This document shows, piece after piece, positions 51,455-61,686 of a stretch of DNA of 64,000 nt (the stretch's first letter is position 1; every line of letters begins with the position of its first letter). Made by a program: the position numbers and the translations under genes. Origin of the DNA: a virus (taxonomy: Duplodnaviria > Caudoviricetes); the IMG/VR virus record IMGVR_UViG_3300028888_000054; one strand, 5' to 3'. The notes below the pieces were generated by a model, which saw only the letters and a program-made list of their open reading frames with translations, was not told where the DNA came from and did no database searches.

Positions 51455-52350
51455 TAATATCTATCTCTATCATCTAATTCAAAAAGTGCACTTGGAAAGA
51501 ACATCCAAAGGTGTTCTGGCTTAGCATTTTCCCCAAATTCTATATCCACATTAACAATAATACCTTTAACTTCAACATCTTCAACCGTTAATCCTTCAAC
51601 ACTATCAGACATTTTTATATTTTCACCTTTCACATCGAAGTTTACTAAATTTGATAGTATATCGTTCATCTTACCAAGCATAACAGAACCAAATATTTGC
51701 TTTTGCAAGATATTAAATCTTTTAACCTCTGTTGGTGTTTTATCTTGAAAAAGCAACTGATATCCACCTGATGACATTGCAATACAAATTGTTTTGTTGT
51801 TCTCTTTAATCCCTCTATACTTTGCCGAACCACATAAGCAAATATTAGGAAGTTTAGAACCCCACTCTATAAAATTTCCAAGTTCTATTCCACTCATTCT
51901 AAATTTTACATCTTGAATGCCGAATGCTGTAAAAATGTCTGTTAAGGCATAACAAATATGCTGTACTTCCTGCACTGCTTGCTTTGTTATTTTCATTTCT
52001 TCTACTTCTTCTTCCATATCTATTTCACCTCTTCTTTTTAATTCCTTCCAATCATCATAATCTATTGGCTTTTCTTTAATATAGTCATATTGGCAATTAC
52101 AAATAATTTCTGCCATCACTTTTTTAAAATTTGGTAAATCTTTAGGTTTAAGAGTTTTTTCAACATGCCCAATTTCTTTGGTTTTTCCTTCGATTATAAA
52201 ATCAATTGTTCCATCTTGATCAATTCCAAAAAGTCTATCTTGATAATTATGTCTTACCGCTGGATCAACATCTTTTACACTTTCTTGATTTATTAAGCAT
52301 AAAGCATACCAACTATGTAAACCTTTGTCTGTTGTAAATAACGTAACCAT
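51454..52350 (-). CDS. hypothetical protein co-transcribed with the radical SAM gene
   Basis: TTGACA-N17-TATAAT-N6-ATG places the start at 52350. Confidence 0.6.
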   Translation of the reverse strand: MVTLFTTDKGLHSWYALCLINQESVKDVDPAVRHNYQDRLFGIDQDGTIDFIIEGKTKEIGHVEKTLKPKDLPNFKKVMAEIICNCQYDYIKEKPIDYDDWKELKRRGEIDMEEEVEEMKITKQAVQEVQHICYALTDIFTAFGIQDVKFRMSGIELGNFIEWGSKLPNICLCGSAKYRGIKENNKTICIAMSSGGYQLLFQDKTPTEVKRFNILQKQIFGSVMLGKMNDILSNLVNFDVKGENIKMSDSVEGLTVEDVEVKGIIVNVDIEFGENAKPEHLWMFFPSALFELDDRDRY

Positions 52351-52586
52351 AATTAAATTATAAACAGAAATCGTAATTTTGTCAATCAAATAAAAAAGCC
52401 GCTTCTGCGAAGCGGCTTGAAACTATTGCCATAGCCCTGGAGGATCTTCTATATCAATTTCGTTTTGTTTTGAAATAATATATACTCCGTCTTCTCTAAC
52501 TAATATATCTTCAACATTTTTTATTTCTTTCTGGGCATCGCCAGAATGTGCGATGTTTTGCAATTTGTCACATAACTCTGCTACCG

Positions 52587-53090
52587 TCATTTAGTCTCCG
52601 TTGCTGTTCCTGTTGAAGCCCCGTAACCTTTATCACCGCGCTCTGTTTCTCTATCTTCCCAAGTTACTTCTTCAGTAAACGGAATAAGAGTAGGAATAAG
52701 CTGCGCGATTTTTGCACCTTTCTTGATAACAATTTTCTTAAACATATTATTATTTCTAATTACAACTCCAACATTTCCAGTATATTCTATATCTACAACT
52801 CCCGCCTTTGTAGACAACTTCAATTTATAAGCATTTCCGCTTGTGTCTTTTACAAGAGCATAAGCGTTCCAACCTGCTGGTGGTGTCATCTGAATAGCTA
52901 AACCAGTCTTAATAAGCACTGTTTGATGTGCTCTAATTACTAAATCTTCATCAGAAAACAAGTCAAAGCCCGCGTCTGTTTCATGAGCTTTTTTTGGTAT
53001 AATAGCGGTTGGTGAAAGCTTCTTCCACGCTACTTTTACTACTGTCTTTTTAGGTGTTTTTGGTTTCCTTGAATTACTTGTTTCTGCCAT
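52587..53090 (-). CDS. dut: trimeric dUTPase
   Basis: DAGFDL, TGLAI, GVVDIEYTG, KIAQL, RGDKGYGAS. Confidence 0.93.
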   Translation of the reverse strand: MAETSNSRKPKTPKKTVVKVAWKKLSPTAIIPKKAHETDAGFDLFSDEDLVIRAHQTVLIKTGLAIQMTPPAGWNAYALVKDTSGNAYKLKLSTKAGVVDIEYTGNVGVVIRNNNMFKKIVIKKGAKIAQLIPTLIPFTEEVTWEDRETERGDKGYGASTGTATETK

Positions 53091-53355
53091 TACTCTTTTG
53101 CCTCTTTAATTCCTTTTTCATTAAAAATCTTTCTAAGAGAGTCAATTGCTTCCCCCATCATTTTAGAAGCCTCTTCTACTGTTGGGGCTTCTGTTGTAAC
53201 ATCCATTTGACCTGCGCCCTTAGCAGTCTGTTTAAAATTAAGTCTAGCCCTTGTATTAGGAACATTTACATTTTCTTCCATAACTTTTCTCCTTTCTTGA
53301 TTAAATTATACATATGCCAATAAATTATGTCAAGTTAATTATATTGGAGACTTAA

Positions 53356-56214
53356 ATGAAAAGTTTTAAAGATTTTTGTAAAGAACAAGTGATTGAAGAA
53401 GCAACCCTTGCAGCTGCAGTTGAACAAGCAAAAGAAGAGGGAGATTTAGAGCCAATTAATAAAAAAATAAAAGAAATAGAAAAAATACAAAACAGCTGTG
53501 AAGATCCAGACAAGAAACAAAGCCTAGAGAATGCTTTAAAAAAATTCAAAGAAATACTTAGCAAATTTCAAAAAAAATTTTCTATTGTTACAGAAGCTGA
53601 ACCAGCCCAGGAGCAAGACGATGATGATCAAGAAGATGACTATAAAGAACTTTGGGCCAATGCAGAAGAAAGAGCAAAAGAAGTTGATGATGCAGTAAAA
53701 AGCATAAACATAATTATTAGTAAAGATAATGACAATATAACAAACGACAATGCTCGCTATGCTACTAATAAATTACTTAAAGACCTTTTAGGCATTTTAA
53801 ATGGGGACACTAGCACTTTGTCAAAAGCTGCTAATTTTATTAATATCGCTGCAAAATCAAAAGGCGAACCTAAGGCTCTAACCCTAAAAGAACTTGTAAG
53901 TTGTTTTAACACAGCAAAAAAAGAAGGGGTAAGTTCAGCCTCTTTAACAAGTAAAGATATAGCATCTCCAAAATTTAAAACTGGTTTAATAGTTGGCCTT
54001 GGTATTTTACTTCTAAAAAAACACGCGGGCTCACCAGATTTTACAATTCAAGGAATGGCAAAAGATTCTGAATATGCTGGAGATAAAGTGCTTGGGGAAG
54101 TTTCTAATTCTTTTTCTAATATAAACATAGATAATAGCCTAAAAGAAAAAATTGGCTTACAAGACATTAGCAAAAGTGATACTTTTATTAAAGCTGTTGA
54201 AACTTTTGTTGATAAGCTTTTTGAAGGAAAGCTTGTTAATAGCAAACTAGCGAATACTGAAAACATTAGTAAAACTAACCCAAAAGTGGAACCAGACGAA
54301 ACTAGCCAAAGTAAAACTAATCCCGAAAACATTAGTAAAGCTGATCCTGAAGAAAAATCTAGTGAAATTAGTAAAGCTGATCCTGAAGAAAAATCTAGTG
54401 AAATTAGTAAAGCTGATCCTGAAGAAAAATCTAGTGAAACTAGTTCAAACGAAAACAAAAATTATAAACTTTTTTCATTAAACTCAAAATCTTCACCAGA
54501 AGAAATAAACAATGCAGTTAAAGAATTTTTTGGAGACGGAGATAAAAGTAAACTGGAGCATTTCTTAACAAAAGTAGAAATGCAAAAATCTGAAAACGTT
54601 GCAGTTGGACAAGAAAGAAAAGATTACAACCTGGAAAACTTAGCAAAATACAAAAGAGACCACGAAGATGTTGAAGATAATGGCAATAATGTTTCTGAAA
54701 ATTATGTGCTAAATACATTATATAACAATCCACTTATTTATGAAGGATTTAAAAATTTTGTAAGAAACGTTCATAGCAACCTGCCAACTGTTGGTAGATT
54801 TAAAGTCGGCAATTATAAATCATCTGAAAAGTCTTGGGAAGCTTGTATTTCAAGAATGAAAGAGGCTCAAGCTGAATACGAAAAAAAAGCAGTTGCTATT
54901 TCTGGAAAAGCAACAAGCCCTAATTGTTCTATACCTCAAAAACATTCTCTTTTAACAAAATTAAAATCACTTGCGGGCGAATACAATATTCATTTAAATG
55001 GTATTTTTGAGCAATGCAAGAAAAGAAATGGCTACAATGCAATCGGCTCAGCAATTCATGATGCAAAAAGTGGTTGGTATAAACAACAAATTGATAAGTT
55101 TGAAAAATCAAAAGATACAAACGCTTACAGAGAAAAGCTAATCTCAAAAGAAAACATCAAGAAAGCAATTTCTAATTTATCTACCGAAGAACTTGACAAA
55201 ATAACAAGTATGGGTGGTATAAAAAACAAATATTTATTTGCCTATGGAATTTTAAGTGTTGCCAAAAACAACAGAAAAGGTTTATTTGAAAGAGATATTG
55301 TAAACGGCAAAGGTAATGTAGAAAAAGGTTTAAAAAATATATTGGATAATAACACCGAGGCTTTTGGTGTAGATGCAGACACAAACCTTTATGATTTTGC
55401 TGATATGCTTTTCAACAGCAATAAAGATATTCAAAAGTGGGTTGAGGAAAACAGTAAACAATATGAAACAAGATTAAGAATAGATCCACTTTCTGATGAA
55501 CTAAGACTTCTGCAATCACAAGGAAAAGCTTGGCTAGAAAAAACCTCACAGCAACAACGCTCTGGTGCAGACTTTAAAAAAGAGTTTGGAATTAATGAAT
55601 CAGTATCAAGCATTTCTTTTAAAGAATTTTGTGTTCTTTACGAAGCTGAACAAACAGAACAGCCAACGCAAAGTCAAGGACAAGGTCAACCTACTCCAGA
55701 ACCACTGTGCAAAAATGATAAAGATAAAAGCATATTAGCAACTTTATTTTTGATTAATAACAACTCAAGTGATACAGCCAGAGAAGCTGCAGCTAAATAC
55801 TTAGCAAGCAAAAATGAAGACAAAAAGGGATATACTGTAAACGATTACTTAACAGCAGCAAAAACTTATAGAGAAGATAATGCTAGCGATAATACATACG
55901 TAGACCTTTGTAATTTCTTTAACAAACTTTTAACTTCTCCTGGAAATAATGGTCAGCCACAACAGCCAGTTCAAGCAACACAGGGCCAACAACCACAACA
56001 ACCACAACAAACTGGGGCTAGTCAACCTAATATAAATGATATATCAACACAAAATGACGATAGTGAAACTGGTGCAGGTGTTGAACCTGCCGATAACAAT
56101 TATTCTGTTGCAACTCCGCAAGCAACAGTAACAACTGGTGCAGTTGGGGATTGCAAAATACCAGATAGGTTATATAGAAAAATAATAAGAAGAAAAATTA
56201 ATTCATTTGTATAA
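53356..56214 (+). CDS. large putative internal virion protein
   Basis: Plus strand like the capsid gene; N-terminal MKSFKDFCKEQVIEEA resembles T4 capsid-targeting leaders; internal SFKEFCVLYEA. Confidence 0.55.
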   Translation: MKSFKDFCKEQVIEEATLAAAVEQAKEEGDLEPINKKIKEIEKIQNSCEDPDKKQSLENALKKFKEILSKFQKKFSIVTEAEPAQEQDDDDQEDDYKELWANAEERAKEVDDAVKSINIIISKDNDNITNDNARYATNKLLKDLLGILNGDTSTLSKAANFINIAAKSKGEPKALTLKELVSCFNTAKKEGVSSASLTSKDIASPKFKTGLIVGLGILLLKKHAGSPDFTIQGMAKDSEYAGDKVLGEVSNSFSNINIDNSLKEKIGLQDISKSDTFIKAVETFVDKLFEGKLVNSKLANTENISKTNPKVEPDETSQSKTNPENISKADPEEKSSEISKADPEEKSSEISKADPEEKSSETSSNENKNYKLFSLNSKSSPEEINNAVKEFFGDGDKSKLEHFLTKVEMQKSENVAVGQERKDYNLENLAKYKRDHEDVEDNGNNVSENYVLNTLYNNPLIYEGFKNFVRNVHSNLPTVGRFKVGNYKSSEKSWEACISRMKEAQAEYEKKAVAISGKATSPNCSIPQKHSLLTKLKSLAGEYNIHLNGIFEQCKKRNGYNAIGSAIHDAKSGWYKQQIDKFEKSKDTNAYREKLISKENIKKAISNLSTEELDKITSMGGIKNKYLFAYGILSVAKNNRKGLFERDIVNGKGNVEKGLKNILDNNTEAFGVDADTNLYDFADMLFNSNKDIQKWVEENSKQYETRLRIDPLSDELRLLQSQGKAWLEKTSQQQRSGADFKKEFGINESVSSISFKEFCVLYEAEQTEQPTQSQGQGQPTPEPLCKNDKDKSILATLFLINNNSSDTAREAAAKYLASKNEDKKGYTVNDYLTAAKTYREDNASDNTYVDLCNFFNKLLTSPGNNGQPQQPVQATQGQQPQQPQQTGASQPNINDISTQNDDSETGAGVEPADNNYSVATPQATVTTGAVGDCKIPDRLYRKIIRRKINSFV
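54331..54438 (+). repeat. 36-bp tandem repeat x3 (ISKADPEEKSSE)
   Basis: ATTAGTAAAGCTGATCCTGAAGAAAAATCTAGTGAA, three exact copies. Confidence 0.95.
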
Positions 56215-56244
56215 AAAATAAGCCACCCGATCGGGTGGCTTTTA
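56213..56244. terminator. bidirectional terminator between convergent genes
   Basis: AAGCCACCCGATCGGGTGGCTT flanked by A and T runs. Confidence 0.8.
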
Positions 56245-56270
56245 TTATGCGCGGGTGAAATTATTACATC

Positions 56271-58436
56271 TTATTTCATCACCGTAAATCCATTTTCATC
56301 TGTTTTTATTTCTATAACTTCCTGAATGCTTTCCTTAACTGTTGGGTTATGGCTAACTACATAAACTCTAGCGTCCTCCGCAACATCTTCAAGAATTGAT
56401 ATCGCTGCTTTTATACCAAACTCATCCAAACCATTATCAAGCAACTCATCTACTATTAATAATCCAGACTGATTAGAGAAGAATACTCTACTCAAGCCAA
56501 ATAAAGCAAAAGCTGCTGCTATTTCCATTCTTGTTTTCTGTCCGCGACTAAATGAAGCAAATGTTATTTTCTCTCCGTCGCACTTTATTGTCTCTACCAA
56601 GTCTTTATCAAACTCTACTTCAATTTTTCTATCGTTAAAGAAGAAAGGAAGATATTGGTTAATCTTTTCATTGAAAACTGGAATCATTTCACCAATAAAG
56701 AACTTTTTAAAGCCATTCGATTTGTTAGAACAACATTCCTTGAGATACTCATAATGTCTCTTTTCATACTCGATTTCTTCCAAAGATTTTTTTGTTTCTT
56801 CTGTCTTTGTTTTAAGCACCTCAATATCTGCTTTAAGTTTTTCAACATAATCTTTATTGTAAACAGACTTAACACTTCCATTTACCGCAGTAATAATTAA
56901 GTTATTGTCTGTTTTAATCTTTGCAAGTTCTGCCAACTTATCACCGATAGAATCAATATACTCTTCTGTATATTTAGGAAGATCAAGTTTGGCTTTCTTT
57001 TCTTTAAGCTCTGTAATTTCAACAAGAAGCTCTTCCTGCTTTTTGCGGTTTTCTTCGTATGTTTTATCAAACTCAGTCTTATGTTTCAAAGCATTCAAAT
57101 ACTTCTCATGAACAACATCGGAATTAGAAACAAAGTTCTTGTCGAGATTTTCTCTAATCATATTTACGTCAGCAAGAAGAGTGTCATAAGTGTCTTTAAA
57201 CTCTGTAAGATTTACCTTTTCTTCTTCGAGCTGCTTATCAAAATCTTTAATATCTTCTTCAAGTTCTTTGATTTTCTTTTCGATAATCTCTCTCTTTCTA
57301 GCAGTTTCCTCAGCATCCATTTCGTGTCCACAATATGGACAAATTGCTTCTTTTACTTTTGCCATATCTTCATTCTGCTTTTTAAGTTCCTTTTCAGAAG
57401 TTTCCTTTTGAGATTTTAAACTTCTTACTTTTTCCATTGAGCCATCAAGCTGAACTTTTGATTTTTCAATTCCACCCTCTCTTGTTTTAATTGTTTCAAG
57501 ATCTATTTTATATTTCTCTTCTTTCTTTTTATTTTCGTCAAAATCAAAATCGCCATATTTAACCAATAATTCTGACTCTTCTTTTGGGAAAGTGTTCATA
57601 GAGTTCAGTTCATCGTGAAGTCTTTTCTTTTCCTTGATTTGTTTTTCATACTCTTCATTTAAAGTAGTATTAGAAAGTTTTGCTTTTTCAGCGGCAACAT
57701 CTATAAACTCAAGTTCTTTTTCTTCAGCTTCAGCTTCTTCTATTTTTTTCTGAGCTTCTTCTTTTTGTTGTTTTAATTCGAGTAATTTTTCTTTTGCTTG
57801 CTTGCTATAATTATCAAGGTTTTCTTGAGCAGATTCTTCTTTTGTTTTACTTTCTGTATATCTAACTCTAGCTTCTTCTTCGCTCTTTTCTAATTCTTTT
57901 ATAATCTTTCTTGTTTCTTCATAAAAGAAAGATATTTCTTTCAGGCTTAAAATATTTTCAAATATGCTAAGCCTGTCTGCATTATTCGCCTTAAAGAAAT
58001 CCGCATAAAATTCTGAAGAAAATACCGTAGAGTTTACAAAAGCCACATAAGGCATTCCGAAATAATCTATTATTAATTCGTTTGTGTCAGAAATGTTTTT
58101 GCAAGAAATATCTTTATCACCTTTAAATAAATAAACTTTATTTTCATGAGTTGTATGTTCACGATACCTCAAAACCTTATAAACTTCATCATCATCGCCA
58201 ACAAACTCTACAGAAACTTTACAATCTTTTCCAATTTTTCTGTTAACAACGTCGGCTACTTTTTCCTGTCTTGTTTTACCATAAAGAGCAAACAGCATTG
58301 CTTCTATAATTGTGGATTTACCAACACCGTTTTTTCCAGAAATGTTTGTAATTCCATTTCCAGATAAATCAATTACTGTTTCTTGAGGACCATAACTAAA
58401 AAAGTTTTTAATACTTACAGATTTTATATACTTCAT
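56271..58436 (-). CDS. SbcC/Rad50-like recombination ATPase (gp46)
   Basis: KNFFSYG, GKNGVGKST, CPYCG zinc hook, FSRGQ, LIVDE, VVSH. Confidence 0.95.
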   Translation of the reverse strand: MKYIKSVSIKNFFSYGPQETVIDLSGNGITNISGKNGVGKSTIIEAMLFALYGKTRQEKVADVVNRKIGKDCKVSVEFVGDDDEVYKVLRYREHTTHENKVYLFKGDKDISCKNISDTNELIIDYFGMPYVAFVNSTVFSSEFYADFFKANNADRLSIFENILSLKEISFFYEETRKIIKELEKSEEEARVRYTESKTKEESAQENLDNYSKQAKEKLLELKQQKEEAQKKIEEAEAEEKELEFIDVAAEKAKLSNTTLNEEYEKQIKEKKRLHDELNSMNTFPKEESELLVKYGDFDFDENKKKEEKYKIDLETIKTREGGIEKSKVQLDGSMEKVRSLKSQKETSEKELKKQNEDMAKVKEAICPYCGHEMDAEETARKREIIEKKIKELEEDIKDFDKQLEEEKVNLTEFKDTYDTLLADVNMIRENLDKNFVSNSDVVHEKYLNALKHKTEFDKTYEENRKKQEELLVEITELKEKKAKLDLPKYTEEYIDSIGDKLAELAKIKTDNNLIITAVNGSVKSVYNKDYVEKLKADIEVLKTKTEETKKSLEEIEYEKRHYEYLKECCSNKSNGFKKFFIGEMIPVFNEKINQYLPFFFNDRKIEVEFDKDLVETIKCDGEKITFASFSRGQKTRMEIAAAFALFGLSRVFFSNQSGLLIVDELLDNGLDEFGIKAAISILEDVAEDARVYVVSHNPTVKESIQEVIEIKTDENGFTVMK

Positions 58437-58439
58437 TTA

Positions 58440-59429
58440 TTACCCCTTCTTTACTCTCTTTAAAACTTCCTTAAAACATTCAAGAAGTTTTTCATTATTT
58501 ATATCAGACTTTTTAGTTTCTTTCAAGTATTTTACCATACTTACTGCAACACCTTCGTTTGCATCAATCTTTGAACGAATGGAAGTATCTGCTGTTTCAT
58601 TTTTTACAAACTTTGCGTTAACTTCTACCGCTCCTTTTGCTATCATTATATCACGAAGTTTTACAAAGTTTTCAATTTTAGAATCAATAATAACATCTAC
58701 TATATTATTTTTATATTCTATTGAACTATCAGTTAATGCGTCAGATAGCGACACTTCCAAATAATCTGGAGCATCTTTATATTCAACTAACTCATAATCT
58801 GTTCCGTCAATAACGCAGAAATAATGTTCATGATTTGAAGCTTCATCTCTTCTAGTTGCATACTGAGAGCCTGGAAAAACAAATTTTCCTTTTTCTTGCT
58901 TTTTATGCAAATGGCCGCTAACAACTAAATCATAATGTTCAAAACTGTCTTCTATAAATGTTTTATCTTCGCATTTTTTATATGGATTAAAATAAAACCC
59001 TTCTACTTCTAGGTGAGTAAATAAAACTTGTCCTTTGTTTGGTAAATCTGATAGGTTCTGAGTATACGATAAGAAATCATAATCCACACCACCGATATTA
59101 ATTGTTTCTGATTTTTTTACAAAATGAGCAAAAGCCTTAAAAGACTCTAGCAGAGTATCACCATCATCGTTCATTTTGTCGTGATTGCCGCTAAAAACAA
59201 TAAGTTCTATACCCGCCTCTTTAATTTCATAAAGTTTATTAAAAAACGGCATAAACATTTGGTTTCTTATGTTGTTAGATGTATCAAATAAGTCACCACC
59301 CAAAACAACATATTTAATGTTATACTCTTTACAATACTTTTCAATATAATCTAAAAAATTAAGACATTCCGTTAGTCTTATTAAATCTTTGTTAAGGTGT
59401 AAATCACTAATAAAAATTATTTTTTCCAT
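58440..59429 (-). CDS. SbcD/Mre11-like nuclease (gp47)
   Basis: SDLH, GGDLFD, GNHD, FTH, SGHLH, PGS. Confidence 0.93.
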   Translation of the reverse strand: MEKIIFISDLHLNKDLIRLTECLNFLDYIEKYCKEYNIKYVVLGGDLFDTSNNIRNQMFMPFFNKLYEIKEAGIELIVFSGNHDKMNDDGDTLLESFKAFAHFVKKSETINIGGVDYDFLSYTQNLSDLPNKGQVLFTHLEVEGFYFNPYKKCEDKTFIEDSFEHYDLVVSGHLHKKQEKGKFVFPGSQYATRRDEASNHEHYFCVIDGTDYELVEYKDAPDYLEVSLSDALTDSSIEYKNNIVDVIIDSKIENFVKLRDIMIAKGAVEVNAKFVKNETADTSIRSKIDANEGVAVSMVKYLKETKKSDINNEKLLECFKEVLKRVKKG

Positions 59430-60147
59430 ATATCTCCTTCAAAAGTATTTTTTCTATATCTTTATTTTCTTTAAAATTAATCCTTACAAGCCTTATTTTA
59501 TTTTCTTCGCAAAATCTATTTTTAATTTTATCGTTAAACTGTATTTTTGTCAAGTTTTCTTCTTTAAACTTTGGATAAAAATGCTGAGATCCATCATATT
59601 CTATTAATAAATTTTTTTCTGGCAAATAAAAGTCAAACGGCAACTCTCTTTTATTTTTACATTTTTTAAACTTTTGTTCTCTCTTATATTTTATATTATT
59701 TTTCACTAAAAAGGCTTCTATTTCTCTAACCCCTTTACTATCTTTTTGTTCCGCTATGCATTTTGGGCAATCTTGACCCCTTAAATGATTATTAGCTTCT
59801 TGAAAAAAATCTCCATGCAAAGGACAAACTATATTTATAACCTCGTGAAGGTTATTGAAGCTTACTTTTGAGTAGTCATATTTAATTTTATGATTATTTT
59901 TACTTCTTTCTATAAAATTTTCTAACGAAAGTTTTTTCTTTATACCATTTTTTGTTTTCCCGCATTCTGGACATCCTTGTCCTGTTAAATGCGCTCTTGG
60001 CTGTTGTTCAAATACCCCATGAATTGGGCAAATAATTTTTACTTTTGTAGAAGCATTTTTATATTCTGTTGAACCGTAGTCATATTTATCATCGTGAACA
60101 ACTCTTGCTTTTTCGATAAAAATTTCTGTGGTTACTTTTTTAGGCAT
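59407..60147 (-). mobile_element. free-standing homing endonuclease (DUF723-type repeats x2)
   Basis: H.DKYDY...CPIHG.F.Q...H..GQGCP.C; LPFDFY...IEYDGSQH. Confidence 0.8.
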
Positions 60148-60155
60148 AATGTGTT

Positions 60156-60218
60156 CTCCTTGTTAGCCCCATTGTGACGTCGGCCAACAAGGAGCCGATT
60201 CGAGAGCTAATCGAATCG
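60156..60218 (-). promoter_or_regulatory. RBS-sequestering hairpin upstream of the homing endonuclease, plus a second hairpin
   Basis: Minus strand CTCCTTGTTGGCC...GGCTAACAAGGAG pairs over the SD; CGATTCGA...TCGAATCG lies upstream. Confidence 0.7.
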
Positions 60219-60260
60219 TTTTAACATATTTAACTTATGTAAAAGGATAACTCCGACTTG

Positions 60261-60770
60261 TTATTCTGTCAAGAATGCCAAACTTCCATCCGGAACGATG
60301 TCCCATAATGAGTATTGTTCTATTTCACTTTTTGATACTTTTGCTTTTTGTCTTTTACAGTTTATTATAAAATCTGGTTTTAAATTTTTCAATGTCCAAC
60401 ACTTTTTAAATTCGTTGTCCCAATACTTATAAAATGTATAACAACGACGTGGTATGTGAAAAGTAACTCCCCATAAATCCCCATAATTTTCAAACGTCAT
60501 GCCATCTTTAAATTCTGACTGTAAGTGGTTTTTTAATTCTTCTTTAGAATAGCCAAGGATTTCAGACCACCTAAATGGCCCATTGTGTTTTAGACAATAG
60601 CGTATATTTTGCTTTATGTTTTTATCTATATTTGAGACTTTTTGCTTTTTTTTCTTTCTGGATAGACAAGATTTGCAAACAGATTTGTGACCATCTTTTT
60701 TGCTTTTGTCTTTATGAAACTCACTTAAAAACTTTTCTTGCCCGCATCTTTTACATCTTTTCTTTTCCAT
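60261..60770 (-). CDS. Zn-finger + degenerate HNH-like endonuclease
   Basis: CKRC...CKSC; LGYS...L..HL...F..GMTFENYG..W, with HIDH replaced by VTFH. Confidence 0.6.
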   Translation of the reverse strand: MEKKRCKRCGQEKFLSEFHKDKSKKDGHKSVCKSCLSRKKKKQKVSNIDKNIKQNIRYCLKHNGPFRWSEILGYSKEELKNHLQSEFKDGMTFENYGDLWGVTFHIPRRCYTFYKYWDNEFKKCWTLKNLKPDFIINCKRQKAKVSKSEIEQYSLWDIVPDGSLAFLTE

Positions 60771-60771
60771 T

Positions 60772-61584
60772 TTAGCTGTTATAGTAGCTAACCATTAAAT
60801 CAACCATTTCACCTTTAAGGTTCGGAAATTTAATTTTAAGCTCTGCTCTAAATTTTTCTTCTTTTTCTTCTATTATGCTTTCTATTTCTTTTTTAAGATT
60901 TTTATATTTTTGGGCTGTTAATTCTATTACTTCGTCCGCTATTTTTTTTACCCTCAAACAACACTCTTCTTCTATTTCTTCGATTATATCTTTTCTTAAA
61001 TGCTGTATGTGTTTTTCTAAAATTGATTTTGAAGAACTATAACAATCCTCACCGATTGTTTTAATTTCTATTTCTGTTTTGTTTTCAAAGTTATCTGCTC
61101 TAATTGCCGAACAGATTATATCTTTTGTTTTTTCTTTTATTTGCTCTGTTAAAAAACCATAAATTATTATTTGATAATTGTCTTCTTGGGTTAGTTCTTT
61201 TTTTGTTTCCTTAAGAAGGCTTCCATATTTTATTTGGTATTCGTTTACGCTATTATCTATTCTTGTGGAAGCATATCTGATACACTCTATAATCACTTCT
61301 TGAGTTAATTTATCTATTTCTTTCGAAACACCAGTCTTCCAGCTTATTATAGAATTACTCAAAAAAACCGCATTTGCTAATATATCTCTTTCTAACTCTT
61401 CTTTATTTATTTTTTCTTTTTTTCCTGCGTTAAATTTAAAACCATCTTTCCCAACTTCTGCTTCAACTCCGTTTCCACTTTTTGTTGCTTTTACTATCAA
61501 CACTACTATCGAGATAGCCATTACAATAAAAACACTTATAACTATTATTGCTATAGTGGGATGGTTATCGAAAAAATTCCACAT
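60772..61584 (-). CDS. single-TM membrane protein
   Basis: N-terminal hydrophobic helix, then a helical domain. Confidence 0.55.
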   Translation of the reverse strand: MWNFFDNHPTIAIIVISVFIVMAISIVVLIVKATKSGNGVEAEVGKDGFKFNAGKKEKINKEELERDILANAVFLSNSIISWKTGVSKEIDKLTQEVIIECIRYASTRIDNSVNEYQIKYGSLLKETKKELTQEDNYQIIIYGFLTEQIKEKTKDIICSAIRADNFENKTEIEIKTIGEDCYSSSKSILEKHIQHLRKDIIEEIEEECCLRVKKIADEVIELTAQKYKNLKKEIESIIEEKEEKFRAELKIKFPNLKGEMVDLMVSYYNS

Positions 61585-61686
61585 GATAATTTACCTCTAC
61601 TAAATTAACTTATTTTAAATACAAAAAAGCCAGCTATTAGCTGGCTTAAACTTTTTTTAATAGACTTTCTTAACTTTTTATTTACT

